Source: Geosiphon pyriformis uo1
Taxonomy: Eukaryota > Fungi > Glomeromycota
DNA: 64,000 nucleotides
Direction: 5' to 3'
Assembly (NCBI GenBank): GCA_016748015.1
Contig: JAAOMT010000402.1
Location: 40,196-104,195, forward strand
Part shown: positions 1 through 15,055 of the stretch, piece after piece
Layout: every line of letters begins with the position of its first letter
Numbering within the stretch: the first letter of the stretch is position 1
Translations under genes and position numbers: made by a program
Notes under the pieces: model-generated
Databases searched by the model: none
Told to the model about the DNA's origin: nothing
The model's input: the letters and a program-made list of their open reading frames with translations, nothing else

Positions 1-591
1 GGAAACATAATATAACTTTAGAGTTAAATTAATTCCACACTATAATACATTTGTCATTGTTAGAACTTTTCTAGTTAGTTTTTTAGTGAAAATTTTATTT
101 AACAAATAATATGAGAAGGGGTTTAAATTCAAATCCAAAAATAATTATTGAAAGGTCAAACTGATCGGGATCTAAACCTTTAAAAGCCTTTGTACATGCA
201 TAAACAATGATTTTTGATGATCGATTCAATTCATTGATAGCGATCTTTCCATAAAACTAAATTTTCTATAAAACGCTGGGACCAGTCTACTAAGTATAGC
301 ATCACCTTCAAGTATCTATGGTCATATGCTTTATTAATAAAAAAATATTAGAAATAATCTAAAATTAATTTTAATTCTTAAGAAAAGAATTTTCTAAACC
401 AGAAGGCAAACTTGCTTAAAAATTAGTAAAAGAAACCATTCGCGTAACCAAATATGCTTTACAATCATTAAGTGTTATCAAAGAGAATAGATACTTATTA
501 AAAAATTCAGTTTTACAACTTTTTTATAAAAAGCTTCAACCTTTTTGACCATTATTAAACCTAATATACCATTTTCTTGAAAAAAGGTCAA

Positions 592-2314
592 ATGATAAAC
601 CTATTTCTTATCATTCTTGTTTTATTACAAAACAATGCGATCCTTGTATCGTCCAATTTCACGCCATCCCCTCGGTGGGGCCATACAGCTTCTCTAATTG
701 ATAACAGAATTTATTTGGTTAGCGGAGGGATATTTCATAGTTATGCAGTTGATAACGCATACTTGGATCTATCTCAAAATTTCTCCACTGATTCGCCCGC
801 GTTTTATGAATTTGAGACATTACCCAAAATCTTTAAACGTGTCTTACGCATCAGCAGAGATAGTAAAAACTAAAGATAAAACTGAAGTAATTGTATTTGC
901 GGGAGATGTAAGTTTCTTAAGTTTAGAACTTTATTTGTTAAAATACGCAGTTTTGATGCTCAAAAGATTTTTTTTAAAGTCGATAGATCCAAAGGAGTAT
1001 ATTTACACTTATAAATTCGCTCAAAATAAGCTCACCTGGTTTAGAAATAGTGATAATAAGTCGGGAAATTCAGAGGGCAAGGACAGAGATTGATACAGTT
1101 ATTGATGAAAAAGGAAAAATATATTTTTGGGGAGGAATTCGAAATAACGTTTATATGAATAAAAAAATGTATATATATGATACAAACTCTACATCCTGGA
1201 CTCAAATCACACCATTGAATTGTCCTTTACCAAGGTTTTCTTATACTGCCACATTATTACCAGATGGACGCATTATTTATATTGGTGGATCTAGTGGTTC
1301 TTATCCAGATCCAGAAGCAGATCTGAGTGCGGTAATTTGCAATCTAAAGCTCGAGGGAAATTTATTATGAGTTCTTAAATTTTTGATTTTTTATATAGAT
1401 CTTAATTTTTAATATCAATGGAAAGCCTGAGGATCCATGGTCTTATGAGGTTATTTAATATAAAAATATTAAATTAAATTTTTTTAATTTTGATGACACT
1501 AACTTTGGGTTAAAAATATAAACAGTCAGCAAAAAGCGTCGTTGCTCTAGGATCTAGGAGGGGACATACAGCAATCCTTGGTAATTTAATAATTGATTGT
1601 AAATTTTTATTAATTGAATTTTTCTTTAATATCATTAAAACTATTTAGCTGCTGATGAATACAATATCATAATTTATGGAGGTCATGACAACTTCACTCG
1701 TCCAGCTTATCCTCTCATGGTTTTAGATACAAAAACATTTACGTGGTCAGTGCCAATTGTAGAATCTCTTCCTAACAATTTATCTGTCCTTTCTTATCAT
1801 ACCGCTACAAGATATCAAAACTTGATGATTATTGCATTTGGTAAGTCTGCTTATTGCGATACTTTTAATTTCCGCAATTCAAATCTTATAATAATATATT
1901 TGCAATATAGGGGCTCATAACTTGACAGATCAAGTGTATAATCCGAGTAAAGAAATAAGAATATTCGATATATCTAACGGGACTTTTAAGTGGCTACAAA
2001 ATTATGTAGCTCCATTAATGCTCACGAAAATCACCAAAGCTCCTACACCTTCCACTGAAATTAACGTAACTCAAACAGCTACCGCTACCGCTGTACTAAA
2101 AAACTCGAAAAATTCAGGACTTATTATTGGAGTCTCTATTGGTTCAATTATTTTAATATTTTTAGGATTAGCTATTATAGTTATTTTATATCGTCGTCGT
2201 TTAACAAAGACTAATAATAATGAAGGAAGCACGACAAACAACCAATTAATCCAAAATCCAGGATTTCATATTCAAGGGAACACAACAAACAACCAAGTAA
2301 TCGAAAATCCATGA
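592..2314 (+). CDS. Kelch-repeat single-pass membrane protein with signal peptide (multi-exon; one apparent +1 frameshift near 826)
   Basis: Signal peptide MINLFLIILVLL; kelch motifs PSPRWGHTASLIDNRIY, PRFSYTATLLPDGRIIYIGG and LSYHTATRYQNLMIIAFG; Thr-rich stalk; TM helix followed by RRR; GT..AG introns. Comparison with the paralog at 22-23.7 kb shows a frame switch at CCCAAAATC. Confidence 0.85.
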
Positions 2315-4009
2315 GTTTACCCACATTTATCAATGGCAGTACCAAATGTAATTTTTCAAAAAATTTATGAAATTCTTAAAAAGACACTGGAAAAAATATT
2401 AAGACGGCTTTTGAATTTATTATTAAGAAACGTAATTAATTATATTTTAATTGACCTACCGATTGAAACCGCTCTCGGCTAGCTGAAGGTTAAAAGATGG
2501 TCAGTTACCCATAAAGATATACTTTAAGCTTAGCATATTTATGAAAAATCTTTTAAAGAGAAAAGCAGCAGATTGTAATATCAAAGTTTATACTTGTTGA
2601 GTTATTGCTTTATAAATTATCAGTCTATTGATGGTGGTTGATTAGCCTGAATCTCGAAAAAAAAAAAAAAAAAATTACCGATTTTAGGTTTTTATAATAA
2701 ACTATTGTCAGATATCTATTTATACGCATATAATTGTGAAATTAATTAACTTTCTACAAATCTATTGAAAAATTCTTCATTTGTTTATTTAGGCTAAAGA
2801 TAGCATCTTAAAAGATTAAAAACAGCCCCATAATTTATCATGGGTTTACTTTGTCGCAAATGTAGAATTAATATTTAAAAGCCTATAAAATTTTCCCACA
2901 TTATAATGATTTTGAATATAATTTGTTTTATCGTATTTTAAGAAATTACAAATCATCTTAAAAAAATCCAAATTTCTAACATAGAAAAATTAATCTATTA
3001 ATAAAGTTCTTTTCAAATAATATAAGACATTTGATATTAATAATTTCAGAGTTATCTTTATAAGTTTATACTTTTTATTTCGAAATAAATTCACTTATAA
3101 ATCGATCATAATTGCGTATTAGTTTTTATTTTATTAGATATATCGATAAAAATATATTAATAAAATAAATGTGACTTGTCTTTTGATTGTATTAAACCAA
3201 AAATAAAGTTATTAAGTTTATTATTAACAGCAAGTCAAAGTAATTTAAAATTTTTAAAATAATATCTATTTATTTGATTTAATTTCAACTTAGAAACTGT
3301 GATTAGAAATTCATGTTATATAAATTCAGTTTTTATTAGTTTGTGTAAAATAATTTTTTTTAGTTTAATTCCAATTAGTTTTTGCCAATTTAATAAAACT
3401 TTCCCTTTAAAAATTAGACCACTGAAAATTATTAAAATAAAATGAGAATTTTAAGATACATTTTTTTAAAATATCTTAATATCTAATAATTATTTATTTT
3501 ATTGTATATTCTTTATTCAAAAATTAAATTATAATAAAAATAATTTTTTTTGTAATAGTTTTCTTTACTATTTAAAAATTATTTATTAAAATTATTTCAT
3601 TTTTTGATTAATTCGCGATCCACATCTAATGTACAGTAGATGTGTTGTACGATAATAATTGGTGGTTGGATTACATCGTGAATGGCAAGGAAATAAAATA
3701 AAAATAAAAAATAATTTATTAGATAAGAATAAAAATAATTTTTTTTGCGAACTATATATATAAAGTTTATTAAATAAATATTATTTAAATTTGAAGTAAA
3801 TTAATGTCATGATAGTTTAAAAAATTTATGTTTTTTTGATTTTTCATTTATTTGATTAAAATTTTTTGAAAAGGTAGTTTTTTTTTAAATAAGGGTCAAT
3901 CATCAACTAATATCTTTTAAACCAAACAGCTTTCAATTTTTGTTGTAAATTAACTTATTTTATTGGGATTTTAATTTAATCAAAAAATTAATTTTGAAAA
4001 AGTCTAAGG

Positions 4010-6309
4010 TTAGGAGCTATTACTAATATCTGATTTATTATCACTTTCACACTCTTCCTCAAGAGCATTAGTAATATTAACGTTTCTGTCAAATTCTTCT
4101 CCCTTATCACTCTTTCCGACAACTCTGTTAATTCTACTATTCTCGCTAGATTGATCATTATTATTTCTCTCATTAGCATTATGATCCTCATCCTCAACAT
4201 TTTCAAAATGAACCCGAGCACGTTGCATCGCTTCGAAATATCTAATCGGTAAATGATTTTGGAAAAATGAAGGTAAAATTCGTTCCATCCATATCAAAGG
4301 ACTCCTAGCAGGATGTTCGTGAAGTGGTTTAGTACGAAAAACGTCTTTTCTACTTGACCATAATTTACCATTTTTCATAAATTTTATTCCTGTTTCATTT
4401 TCCGTGTCAACTTCTTCTCCTTTCAATGTATTCCATCCAAAAATTGAAGCTAAAGAATAGTCACTCCTTTTTCGTTCCACAATAACCGGTTCAACCGCAG
4501 TATCAAAAGAATCGCAAGTCGATACTGGTTTCCTACCATTCTGGAAAAATCTTACTCCTTCACCAACATGCGCATAATTTAACAGATTCATTTTATTAAC
4601 GAGACGTCTGATACCAGGATCTTCATAGCCGGGCGGTAATTTTGTGATGATATCGGTATCATTGATCACTCGCCATAAAGTATTTGGGCGGTCGAAAGGA
4701 TCATTTGAAACGGCTGAAAAATGAGCCGCGAAATCTGCGTCACCGATAGCCGGGGTACCGAAGAGATATCCGTCTCGTAAAATGCAATTCTCGCCAAGAT
4801 CTAATGGGGAACGAAGGAGGCGAGAGTAGAATAGAGTTCCAAGGGCGGCACCTAATGAATGACCAGTTACCCAGAGATTTATTGGTTGATCAAGACTAAA
4901 GCTGGAAGAGTTGTTATTTGATGTTGAAGCTGATGAAGACTGCCTAGAACGAATTTGTAAAGCTTTAGCGCGAATTGCTTTTATGATTGTTATATATGGA
5001 CTTGCTGAATGACCTCTTGAGGTTTTGTGGCCTCCGTCTGGAAAGAGGGAGGTGTAAAAACCTTCATGAATTTCCCCAAATACATATCCTCTTTGGTAGT
5101 GAAACATAAATGAATGAGGGGTGTAAATGTTTGATGGATGTTGAATAATAAAAATTTAAACGATCTTTTGAAATCATCATTATTCAAAAACTCTTTTTAA
5201 ATTACCTCGCATCAATGCGTTGAATCATCGAATCTACCAAGAAATCCTCGAAATCAGTTGGTGTCGTTCCTTTAAATACGACCACTATAAATCGATGTTC
5301 ATATGACCAAAACATTCCAGCGAATGGTCCACCCAGCGAATTTAATTCTGATAAAGAGGTAAATTCTAATCCCCATTTTTGAGATTGTTCACGTATACGA
5401 AGTTCGCTTTCATACAACTGTCGATTCACATCTTGATATGCTTCCGAAGTTCGTTCTAATTTATTTTTAGCGAGATCTGTAATCTTTTTATGAGCATTAC
5501 GAACCTTCATATCATCACGTTCATAGACAATCGCGGACATTAGAAGGAGAGTTTCGGCAATATCTAAATTAAAGGGTCGAGCTTTTTTCGTGCTGGTTAT
5601 ATCAAATTTTGTAGCTTGATGGTGGTATTTTTGTGTAGTCGGTAGGGGTTGTTCTAACCCTAGAAGACCATCATTTATAATTTCAGAGACTTCTTCGGAA
5701 AATAATCTTGGATCCCCTAGGTAAAAGAAAATTAAAGTTATGTGAGTATTGGTGAATCATCAATTCAATTTTTGAGTTTAAATTTTAAATCACTTATTAG
5801 TGACAAATTAAAAATTTCCCATGTTTATACTCACACCAATTAACCGGACTCAAACCGTCACCCCATTTCTTCGAGATTCCATTTAACACATTTCCCAATC
5901 CACAATAAAAAGATAGTTTTAATGATAATTCGACAACTACCAGCGAAATGACAATAGTAGGGAACACGGTCATAATCAAAATAAAATTCACGGGATGAAA
6001 AAGTGGCATTGACCAATCAAATAATATTGTGAATAGTAAATTTCTTATAGCGCGATGAACATAAACCATATAAGTTAAAGAGGGAAAAAGTGTTGGAAGA
6101 GAAGTAAATGATTGTGTAGCTGCTGATTTATTTTTATGCGTTTCTGTTAAATCGCGAAAATGGGGATTAGCATCTTCATTATAACTCTTGATATAGTCAC
6201 TAATAGATGGGGGAGACGTTTTGAGGTGGAATTGGGAGAGTGGATTCGATTTTTGATCAGGTACAGAGTTATTTGTGAATTGAAGGAAAGTTGATTTTTG
6301 AGTTGGCAT
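4010..6309 (-). CDS. Class 3 lipase / alpha-beta hydrolase (multi-exon, N-terminal hydrophobic segment)
   Basis: VVVFKGT, GHSLG nucleophile motif, YLFGTPAIGD, RVINDTDIITKLPP and a later His; GT..AG introns join ORFs 5797-6309, 5202-5540 and 4010-5107. Confidence 0.9.
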
Positions 6310-9300
6310 TTTTGATGATTTGTTTTAATCTGATTTGATATATGAAATGATTCAATTTCGAATGGATTTAGATCAAAGAGGTTCTAAGATGAAATCCAAA
6401 GGAACAAAGATGAACAAAGAAACTTTATAGAATATTTAAGAATTTTTTTATGTCAGATAGAATGAGTTTTTTGAATTTTTACCAAATATCGACAATGTTT
6501 ATTTAAAGGGAAACTAATTTCCTGACCTTTTTGAACGAATTAAGTCAAAAAACTGGTCTGGGTAAAAATGAAAATCAAATAACCTAATTTTATGATGATG
6601 ATGATAATGATGTATTGTTTGTGTCATTTTAAAAGATTTTCTTTCTTTGTTCTACGATCAGAAAAGCAAATAATTATGCATAAGATGATATTGGGAAAGG
6701 ATTTTTTCAAAAGAGTCTTAACTTAATTATCTTAAATATGATTATGGTATACAACTTCATATGTCAAATATTTTTTATTAGATTCTAAATGGTTAAGTTC
6801 TAGAATAAAACTAGCTTTAAAAAAGATTATTTTAGAGCGTAATTTGACAATGATTAATTATATTTTCTATAAATTAAAACAGTTTTTGACAATTAGTATT
6901 TGAATCTATTTCAATGTAAATTAAATTTGAGATATTATAAAAGATTCAAATTTATTATACCATATATTTTATATTACAAATTTTTTTTTAAATATTTATA
7001 TTGAAAATAATTGTCGAGTAATTAGCGCAATAAAATTGTAATTAAATAAATTTTGCATTTTTGTTTGAATTGGTTAAAACATGAACCGATATAAATAATA
7101 ATTATAATATTTTTTTTTGATTATTTTGATTATTTATTTTTATAAGGTGGTATCATTTTGTATTTGGTAAAATTTATTTGTTTATTTGACTGTTTTTTTT
7201 TTACGTAAATCTGCGAATAATAAATTCATTTATTAATGATATAAAATTATCAAATAAAAATCTGCTTTCAAGAGGATATTTTTTTAATTTTCTTTTAAAT
7301 AAATTTTTTTAACTATAATGCTAAGTAAATATTTTTTAATTTTTGAAAATCTATTAAATTTTTACAAATTTTAATAACATTTTAGATTGTTAAATGATAT
7401 GATAAATTGTATATACAACATATATCGTGTATATTCTAAACAATTGTGATCTGGTTCTACAACATGCTTAAATTTTTTGGTTGTTTGTTAATGATGATGT
7501 AGTGTTTTGCTGACATGATCATGACGTATTAATCATTTTGCTACATACAATGCACAAATTTCCTATCTCTATGCCTACAAGTATATTCACATATGAAAAA
7601 TTAACAAAATTGCATGATTGACATAAAACCTATTATGCAAAATTTAACTGGTCATGAGATTTTCATTGAAGTTCGCAGAATTCTTGGGAATCATGATTTA
7701 TTTATTTCACGAGGCTGTACAGGTTGAATTTATTTATTTTTCATAAAATGATGAGTCTAATATAGATTAATTAAGATTGATTATGTGAGAACTGTGAGAA
7801 CTGCTAAACCAAATGAGTTCTGTCATTATCTCCTTTTTAATTGCGTATTCAACCCTGTCTCGCTGCTAACAACGGGAATAGGAATTCCGGAAAAGAAAAA
7901 ATTTGGGTCCCACATTACCTAACTTATTAATATCTCGGCTTCACATTATCTCAAATCAGTCATCAATTTTTAATGCTTTGTTATTGGTTGAGTTTTTTAA
8001 TTATACTTTCTTATGATTGCCAGCATGAGAAAAAACCAGATTCTATCGATAAAATTTGGTGCTTTCGATATGTTGAGTGAAATAAACTAAATGAGAGAAC
8101 TTAAAAACTAGATCTTTCAAGAAGTCATGCTTTTCTTTGTTTAGTCAAATAAAAATTCAATTTTCTTGAATACGCAAGTCATCTAAACGGAAAATTATTC
8201 CTCTAATCTTTAGGCTGATAATATTTAGACTAATAAAATTTTTACAAAGAAAAAGTTTTTCTTTAAATCATGTATAACAGGAAAAAATTATATTTTATAA
8301 TGTATTTTTAGCATCTGGATACAGTATCATTTTCATCTTAATGCAATTGGTAAATTTTATTCAAATTATCATAAGTATTTAATATAAACCCAAAGTAAAA
8401 ATTTTATCATCAAATTAAAAATTTACTAAAATTTTAATTTTTAAAACTGATTTTTGAATGTTAAAAGCAATGATAATAATTCTTATTTTTTTTGAATATA
8501 TCTAATTCTTAAAAATCAAAGAAAAAATAATTAAATATTGAAATATAGGTTTACAAAGAAAATTTCGTTTAAAAAAAATTTTATTTAAATTAAAATCTTG
8601 ATTTTTTGTAATTGATTTATTTTAACCAAAAAAAAATTTTAAAATTGTTTCTTGTAAAATTGAAATTATGAGATTATCTATTTATAAACAATTATAATAT
8701 CAATATAATAAAAAAGTTCTTTTAAATAAAAATTTTGACATTTAAAAATAATATAATTTATTAAAAAAAATTTATAGCCTGAAATTTTTTTTTTAAATAA
8801 AACAGTTATTTTTGATTTAAATAAAAATACACATGAATTAAATTTTTATAAATATATTCTATATATTGAAAATAGTTAATGAAACTCGGGATTTAAAAAT
8901 ATTTTTACTTTAAAAAAAAATTTTAATATTACTCTTAATATTATTATTTAATTTAATTAAAGTAAATTTACTTTGAAAAAAAATTAAATAATTAATCTGA
9001 TAAATTTTAATAAAAAACAAATGTATCCAAAATTTTTTTGAACTTCACATTATTTAAAAAGAAAATAATAAATCGGTTTTCTTCATTCTGTAAAAATTTG
9101 TCATTTTGATATGTTGAAAATCAAAATATTTCGTTAAATTTTATATAAGAATTGACAATTTTTCTGCAACTTAAAAATTTATTTTGCGCATATAAAATAA
9201 GATTTATATATCCCTATACATTTTTATCAATCAAGAAATAATTTGAATGTTTCATTTTTAATCTATAGAAAAAATTCAAAAGCCAATTTGCATTTAACAA

Positions 9301-9739
9301 AAATTTTTCAGTACCTTAATGAAAATTTTTTATTATGCATGAAATTATAAGATTTTAGAATAATTCCAGTTCATTGTAACAGTTACAAATTTTTCTCATT
9401 TATAGTTTTTTCTATATCAGAGGGAAATTAAATTCAATTAAATTAAACTAGATTAAATTAAGTAAAGTAATACAAGTTTTTTGGATTAAGATCAAAGAAA
9501 TAATATTAGAAACCTAATGTCATGTTTAAAAATTTTGTGAATCGGAATCAAGACCAATCCTCTTAAATATAAAAAAAAAAAGTGTTAAAATTTTTAAATG
9601 ATAAATTTTATAAAAATTTTCGGTTAATTTCTTACCTTCAGGAAGATAGACAAATTCTGTTAAAATTGACATTAAGAGAAGAAAGAAAAAAAGTTTAAAT
9701 AAGTTAATCCATAAAAATTTTCAAAATGAATAAAGTTAA

Positions 9740-11159
9740 TCAATAAAAATCTTCAAAAATAAAAAAAAAAACTAAACCTTTTAAAAAATTAATCATTCGG
9801 AAAGTTAAAAGTCGACTTGAATAAACTGCTTTTGGATGAATATTGGGTGGTGATTTAGCTGTTTCCAATGTTTCTTTTACGAGTTTATCTGCTTCGGAAA
9901 ACTGTAAATACTCAGTTGTAGAAGAGTAATTATTAAAACGTCCAAGATCATAAAGTCTCAATCTAACTTGAGTAACAGCAGGACGATTCGATGGAATACT
10001 ATCCCAACATTCTTCTATTAGTTCAGCAAGACAAGGTGGAATATGAAAAGTGATTTCAGGTCTAATACCATTTAAAATATCTATGACAAGTTTGGAGTCA
10101 TGAGGACGATCATGAAAAGGAGGCTTTCCTGTTGCCAATTCCCATAATAACATTCCGAAACTATAAATATCACCAGCTTTATCGAACTCTTCACCTCGTA
10201 AAACTTCAGGTGGTATGTATGGAATTACTCCAAATATTCCTTTTTCTGCTAATTTCTTGTTAGCAGGTTGACATAATCCGAGGTCTGAAACATTTGCAAA
10301 TTCTCCATTGGCCAGGCGATAAATTAGAATGTTACCAGAGTGTAGGTCACGATGAACTAAACCAGCAGAATGAACTGTGATAAGACCTGACGCAATTCCT
10401 GAAGCTATTCTCAACCTATCAGACCAATAGCTAGAATAAAAATTTGATGATAGATAATCTCGCATATCTCCATGTTCGGCAAATTCCATTACAAATCCGT
10501 AATCAAGTGTTTCCGGGTTTTGAGTGATCCCAATAACATCAGAAATACCAATCACAAATTCGGGGTTATTTGCCATTATAGAACTTTGAATATTTATCTA
10601 TTAAGAGACACCCCCCCCCCCGTAAAAATTTTTATCAAGTTCAAAAATTAAAAAAATATAAAAAGATCAAATTTTCAATGAAAAATTACTCAATTACCTT
10701 TTTAAAGAGTTCATCCCCCTGTCTTGAATCATTCATAAATTTTACTGCAACATTTATCGATCCATTTCTTTTAAATTTCGTTTCACCATGGTGCTTTAAA
10801 GTCTCGAAATCAATCATTCCATCAATCCATGTTGCTTTATAAAAAATACCAAAACCTCCTTGGGCAATATAGGAAATATCTGTCAAACGTTCATATGGAA
10901 TCCATTCATAGTGATGAATCTCATTGTAGAGGTTGGGATTATAAATTGGATTTTTGATTATCTCGTCAATTGCTTGATTTCCACTTGAAAAATCTTTATA
11001 TAGATTTTGAAAAATTATGATTTTACATGTCGTGCAATCATTGTATCTATTATATCTCATGCTCAATTTGCATTTTTTACATTTATTACAATTATGAGGC
11101 TTTTCTGGTCGAGTTCTCTTGCATCGAAATTTTTTTATTGATGAAATCAATAAACCCAT
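9740..11159 (-). CDS. TKL-type protein kinase of the Glomeromycota-expanded family
   Basis: AQGGFG loop, VAVK, HRDLHSGN, SDLG, YIPPE, DIYSFG; N-terminal Cys cluster and SGN..ID motif; intron at about 10600-10697. The 3' end may continue into a small exon near 9640. Confidence 0.9.
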
Positions 11160-12610
11160 ATTCGGTATAAGAAACGTGGATGAAATGTGTTTGTCGATGT
11201 TTATGAATATTTTTGTTTTTCAATACACTTTCTCTTAAGTTAGGAATGAGAGTTTTTAAAAAAGTTTGGGAACGAGATAAAAATGACATCAACTTTTTTA
11301 CGATTTGGGAAATCTGATGTTTTAATCGGTTTTTATTTATCGATAAACATTTCTATTTTGATGATCATACGTTACAATCGGAATATTTGGGCATCGAACA
11401 ATGTTAATTTAAAGTTTTCCATTGTTTTGATAGACTTTTCCATGGAACAATGCCCCCGCTGTTCTGATCGGATCGAACATTAATCAGAGACTTTTTGTAA
11501 ATATTCAAGATCTTTTAACATCAAAATAATTTATATATTAATATAAAATAATAATTTTTGAAAACTTTTGTATTTTTATAAAATGTCTGAAATCAATGTC
11601 AAATGAAATAAATTTTTTTCATTTTTCTTGGACTTTGATTTTTTAAGCTTATAAACAAACTTATGACATAAACATAAAAGTTTCAAGTATCAAAGGCATT
11701 AATAACTTTCTATATAAATATATATATAACATTTCTAAAAATTTACAATAAAAACAATTCCAGCATCACAATTCAATAAATAGGTCTTCTTATCACATAC
11801 CAAGTAAAAGAGTCAATAACCTTTTTTAATTCACTAACAAAATAAATGATCATTGTTTTTAATTAAAAACTATTTGTTTTGTTGTATTATAACAAATAGG
11901 TTTTGATTCAATCCAAAAATTTTGATTTATTCCTTGATAAATGAACCAAAATATTTTGAAATTATCAAAAGGATTCTATTATCATTTAAAAGTGTACACA
12001 ATGTAAAATTTCAAGAGAATTTATTAGCAGTAAATGTCTCATTATTATTATTCAAAATGTTCGAACTTTCATTCTTTAAATTGCAAGTTAAACTGGGAAT
12101 ATTAAATTAATTGGCTTTCATTTGATTTTATCTAAAGCCAAAAAAATAAGGCTTAATACTAAGAAGCAAACAATTTAGTAGCCTTTCTATTGAATAAATG
12201 ACGGAAACCTGTATTATTCTTGAAAACACAAAATATTGTGATCCCTAAGATTTCTTTTGTTCACCAAACTCAATACTAGAAACCAAGTCAAATATAACGA
12301 CAATAAAAAATTTAGTAAACAACATTGCACTAATGCTAAATATATATAATTAAGATTCAAAATAATATCTATATACTTTGGTTGTAAATAGTTTTAATAA
12401 CTTTTCTTTTGTTTTTCATTATTAAAAGTTAAATAATCATGTAAAGAGCCTAAATTAGTATTATATTAATTTAGATAAAATTCTAAAGTTCCCCTTGAAA
12501 AAGTATAAATTAGAAGGAATGGCTATGACTTTTATAAATTTCGGTCGATAATAAATTGTTGACGGTGATGGATTGAAGAGGAGAATTATTATTGTGGATA
12601 AAATGTAACT

Positions 12611-12742
12611 TTACATAATCGAGCATTGGCCGGTACCACTACCGTCGTCTGGGTCACCGGTTGGTCCTTTAATAGACCCGTTACCCGGAGCGATAATTGA
12701 GAGGGGATTAAAGGACGATTGATTGTTGGTTGTTGGTTGCAT
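12611..12742 (-). CDS. CaaX-terminated 43-aa peptide, putative lipopeptide pheromone precursor (copy 1)
   Basis: Hand translation: MQPTTNNQSSFNPLSIIAPGNGSIKGPTGDPDDGSGTGQCSIM*. Same peptide as copies 2 and 4. Confidence 0.85.
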   Translation of the reverse strand: MQPTTNNQSSFNPLSIIAPGNGSIKGPTGDPDDGSGTGQCSIM

Positions 12743-12843
12743 TTTTTCAAATTATTTGATTTACTTTTAACGTTATTGTTTTGCTTTTTGTCTTTGTTAT
12801 TTCAGTGAGATTGAGGGAAAAGAAATTGGGAAAGCACCACCAG

Positions 12844-12850
12844 TTTTATA
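12844..12850 (-). promoter_or_regulatory. TATA box of peptide copy 1
   Basis: GCTATAAAA about 108 nt upstream of the ATG, at the same spacing in all four copies. Confidence 0.65.
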
Positions 12851-14815
12851 GCAAAACATCATAGTCTTCACGCTAAAATTAAGTATTAGAAACAATACTA
12901 AATAAATCAGAATAATAAAATGCAAAAAATGTGACTAATAATAAGTTGCGTTTATTGTTCTTTTTAATCATTATTTCGATGGATGCATTGTTAAGCTATC
13001 TCAACAATGCCCCAAATATTTAAAACAAAAAATTATTTATTTGATCATCAGTCAAAAAAGGTTGGAGATGGAGCATTATTCTTTGATATCATACCCCCTA
13101 TTTAATAAAACTATAGTACGGTAATGGTACAAATTCAGCCATTAAGGAGATTGCCTATGTGTTTATCTTTAGTTATGCATTAATTCATAAAACCGAAAAC
13201 AGGATTTTCTTAAGAACAATGCTAAAAGCATTGCTTTAATATTTGATTATTCAGTTCCTAATAATCACTTGACGCTATGTATCACTAAAATTCAAATAGA
13301 TTTCATTCTTGATAAATTAAGATTGTGTTTTTGGGAGCAAAATATCCTTATATTCCTAATTTTTTAGATGCAAATAAGAGAGTTTGCTATTTTTCTGGTG
13401 TAAAACAGCAGTCTATGAAGAAATGAATTTACCGTATTGTTCTTTGTTGGTCAAGTTTGGAAATTAATCGGAATTGATAAATTTTAATTAATTAATTAAT
13501 GTCAACTACTAACCATTTTGCTACATATGAATTTTGAGCTGAGAATACTTATACGGAAATTAATCTTGAAAATTACAAACTTTTTATTAGATCTAATTCT
13601 GTGGAACCACAGTATGTGTAAATATTTTTAAATCATTACTACCAAGTATTTGATGGTAAATTTTGCTTGTAAAATCAAGATTAAGTTTAGCAAACAGGGA
13701 AAGCCGGAGAATTGAATAGGTTTTTTCCAGTTTGGAATTTGCTAACTAGCTTAATAAACTGCAAGATGAATTGAACTATTTTTCTCAGAACAAAATCTTT
13801 AAATGAAAAAATAAATATCTTTCTATTTAAATTTAAAAATTACTCAATTATTTTGTAAATTTCAATAATTCCTATGAAATTTTTTGAGAATTTATTCAAT
13901 TCAATTTTTCTGGCTAAATCGATACTTAGTTTCCAAATTTCCAAATTTTTGGCTTTGAGCATTATTAAATAAAGGTCAATGTCACTTCAAAATCTTCTCT
14001 CTTTAAATATCTCACTTTTAAAGGTAGTAACTTTGTATTGTGATTATTTTGATCAAGCAATATTTTTGAATAAAAAATTGTTTCATAATGAAGATGCCTA
14101 TTGTAAGTTTTATTCAAATGGCTACTCTTGAAATCTTCAAACAAATTATACATAAGCTAGTAATAAAATTATTTTATTCACATCTCTTGCAAAAATATTA
14201 CATGACTATTTCCCAGTTTTAGGCAATCAGTATCGTATAAAAATTTATTTTATAACATTTTATTTGTATTGATATTAAAATCTTCGCCCAATTTTTGAAT
14301 TGGAACTAATCATAAAATAACTTTTTGTATAACCCAAAATTAAATAATTTACTGAATCAAAACACAGTATAAAAGTTTGTTTCAATCATTAAAATATTGT
14401 TTCTGCCATTTTAAGAAATTATCCTTTAATTTCAAGCCATGGTTCAAAGATATTTATAGAAGACCTGAATAACTTTCTTTATTGGTGATAAAATTTTTGA
14501 AAAAAAACTTGCTTTTTCCAAATTAGCTATTTTTTGTGCTATTTTTTATTGGTAGATTAATATTATATTATATAAAAACAAGTCATGATATAAAATTATT
14601 TAAAAATCTAGTCAAAATACATTGCCCTAAATGCTAATATATAATTAAGATTAAAACAAGGAACGAGAAATTCTCCTAATAATGTATATATTTGAAAGGT
14701 TAGGCAACTATGTAAAGAGTTTAAATTCGGCAATAAACCGGAGGTAACGGCCTTAATTCGGTTGATAGTAATTCGGTGACGGTGAGGAGGATCTTTAATG
14801 CGACTAATATCGAAT

Positions 14816-14947
14816 TTACATAATTGAGCATTGACCGGTACCGCTACCATCATCTGGATCACCGGTTGGTCCTTTAATAGAGCCATTGCCCGGAGCGATA
14901 ATTGAGAGGGGATTAAAGGAAGATTGATTATTAGTTGTTGGTTGCAT
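14816..14947 (-). CDS. CaaX-terminated 43-aa peptide, putative lipopeptide pheromone precursor (copy 2)
   Basis: MQPTTNNQSSFNPLSIIAPGNGSIKGPTGDPDDGSGTGQCSIM*; 12 nucleotide differences from copy 4, all synonymous. Confidence 0.85.
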   Translation of the reverse strand: MQPTTNNQSSFNPLSIIAPGNGSIKGPTGDPDDGSGTGQCSIM

Positions 14948-15048
14948 TTCTTCAAATTGTTTGATTTACTTTAAATGTTATTGCTTTGATTTTTTCTCTT
15001 TGTTATTTAGTTAGATTGAATGAAAAAAATTTGGGAAAGCACTCCCAA

Positions 15049-15055
15049 TTTTATA
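15049..15055 (-). promoter_or_regulatory. TATA box of peptide copy 2
   Basis: GCTATAAAA about 108 nt upstream of the ATG. Confidence 0.65.

Noticed and set aside
14608-14955. 115-aa ORF in the track overlapping peptide copy 2
   Set aside because: Alternative frame, not preserved in the other copies; the substitutions are synonymous only in the 43-aa frame.
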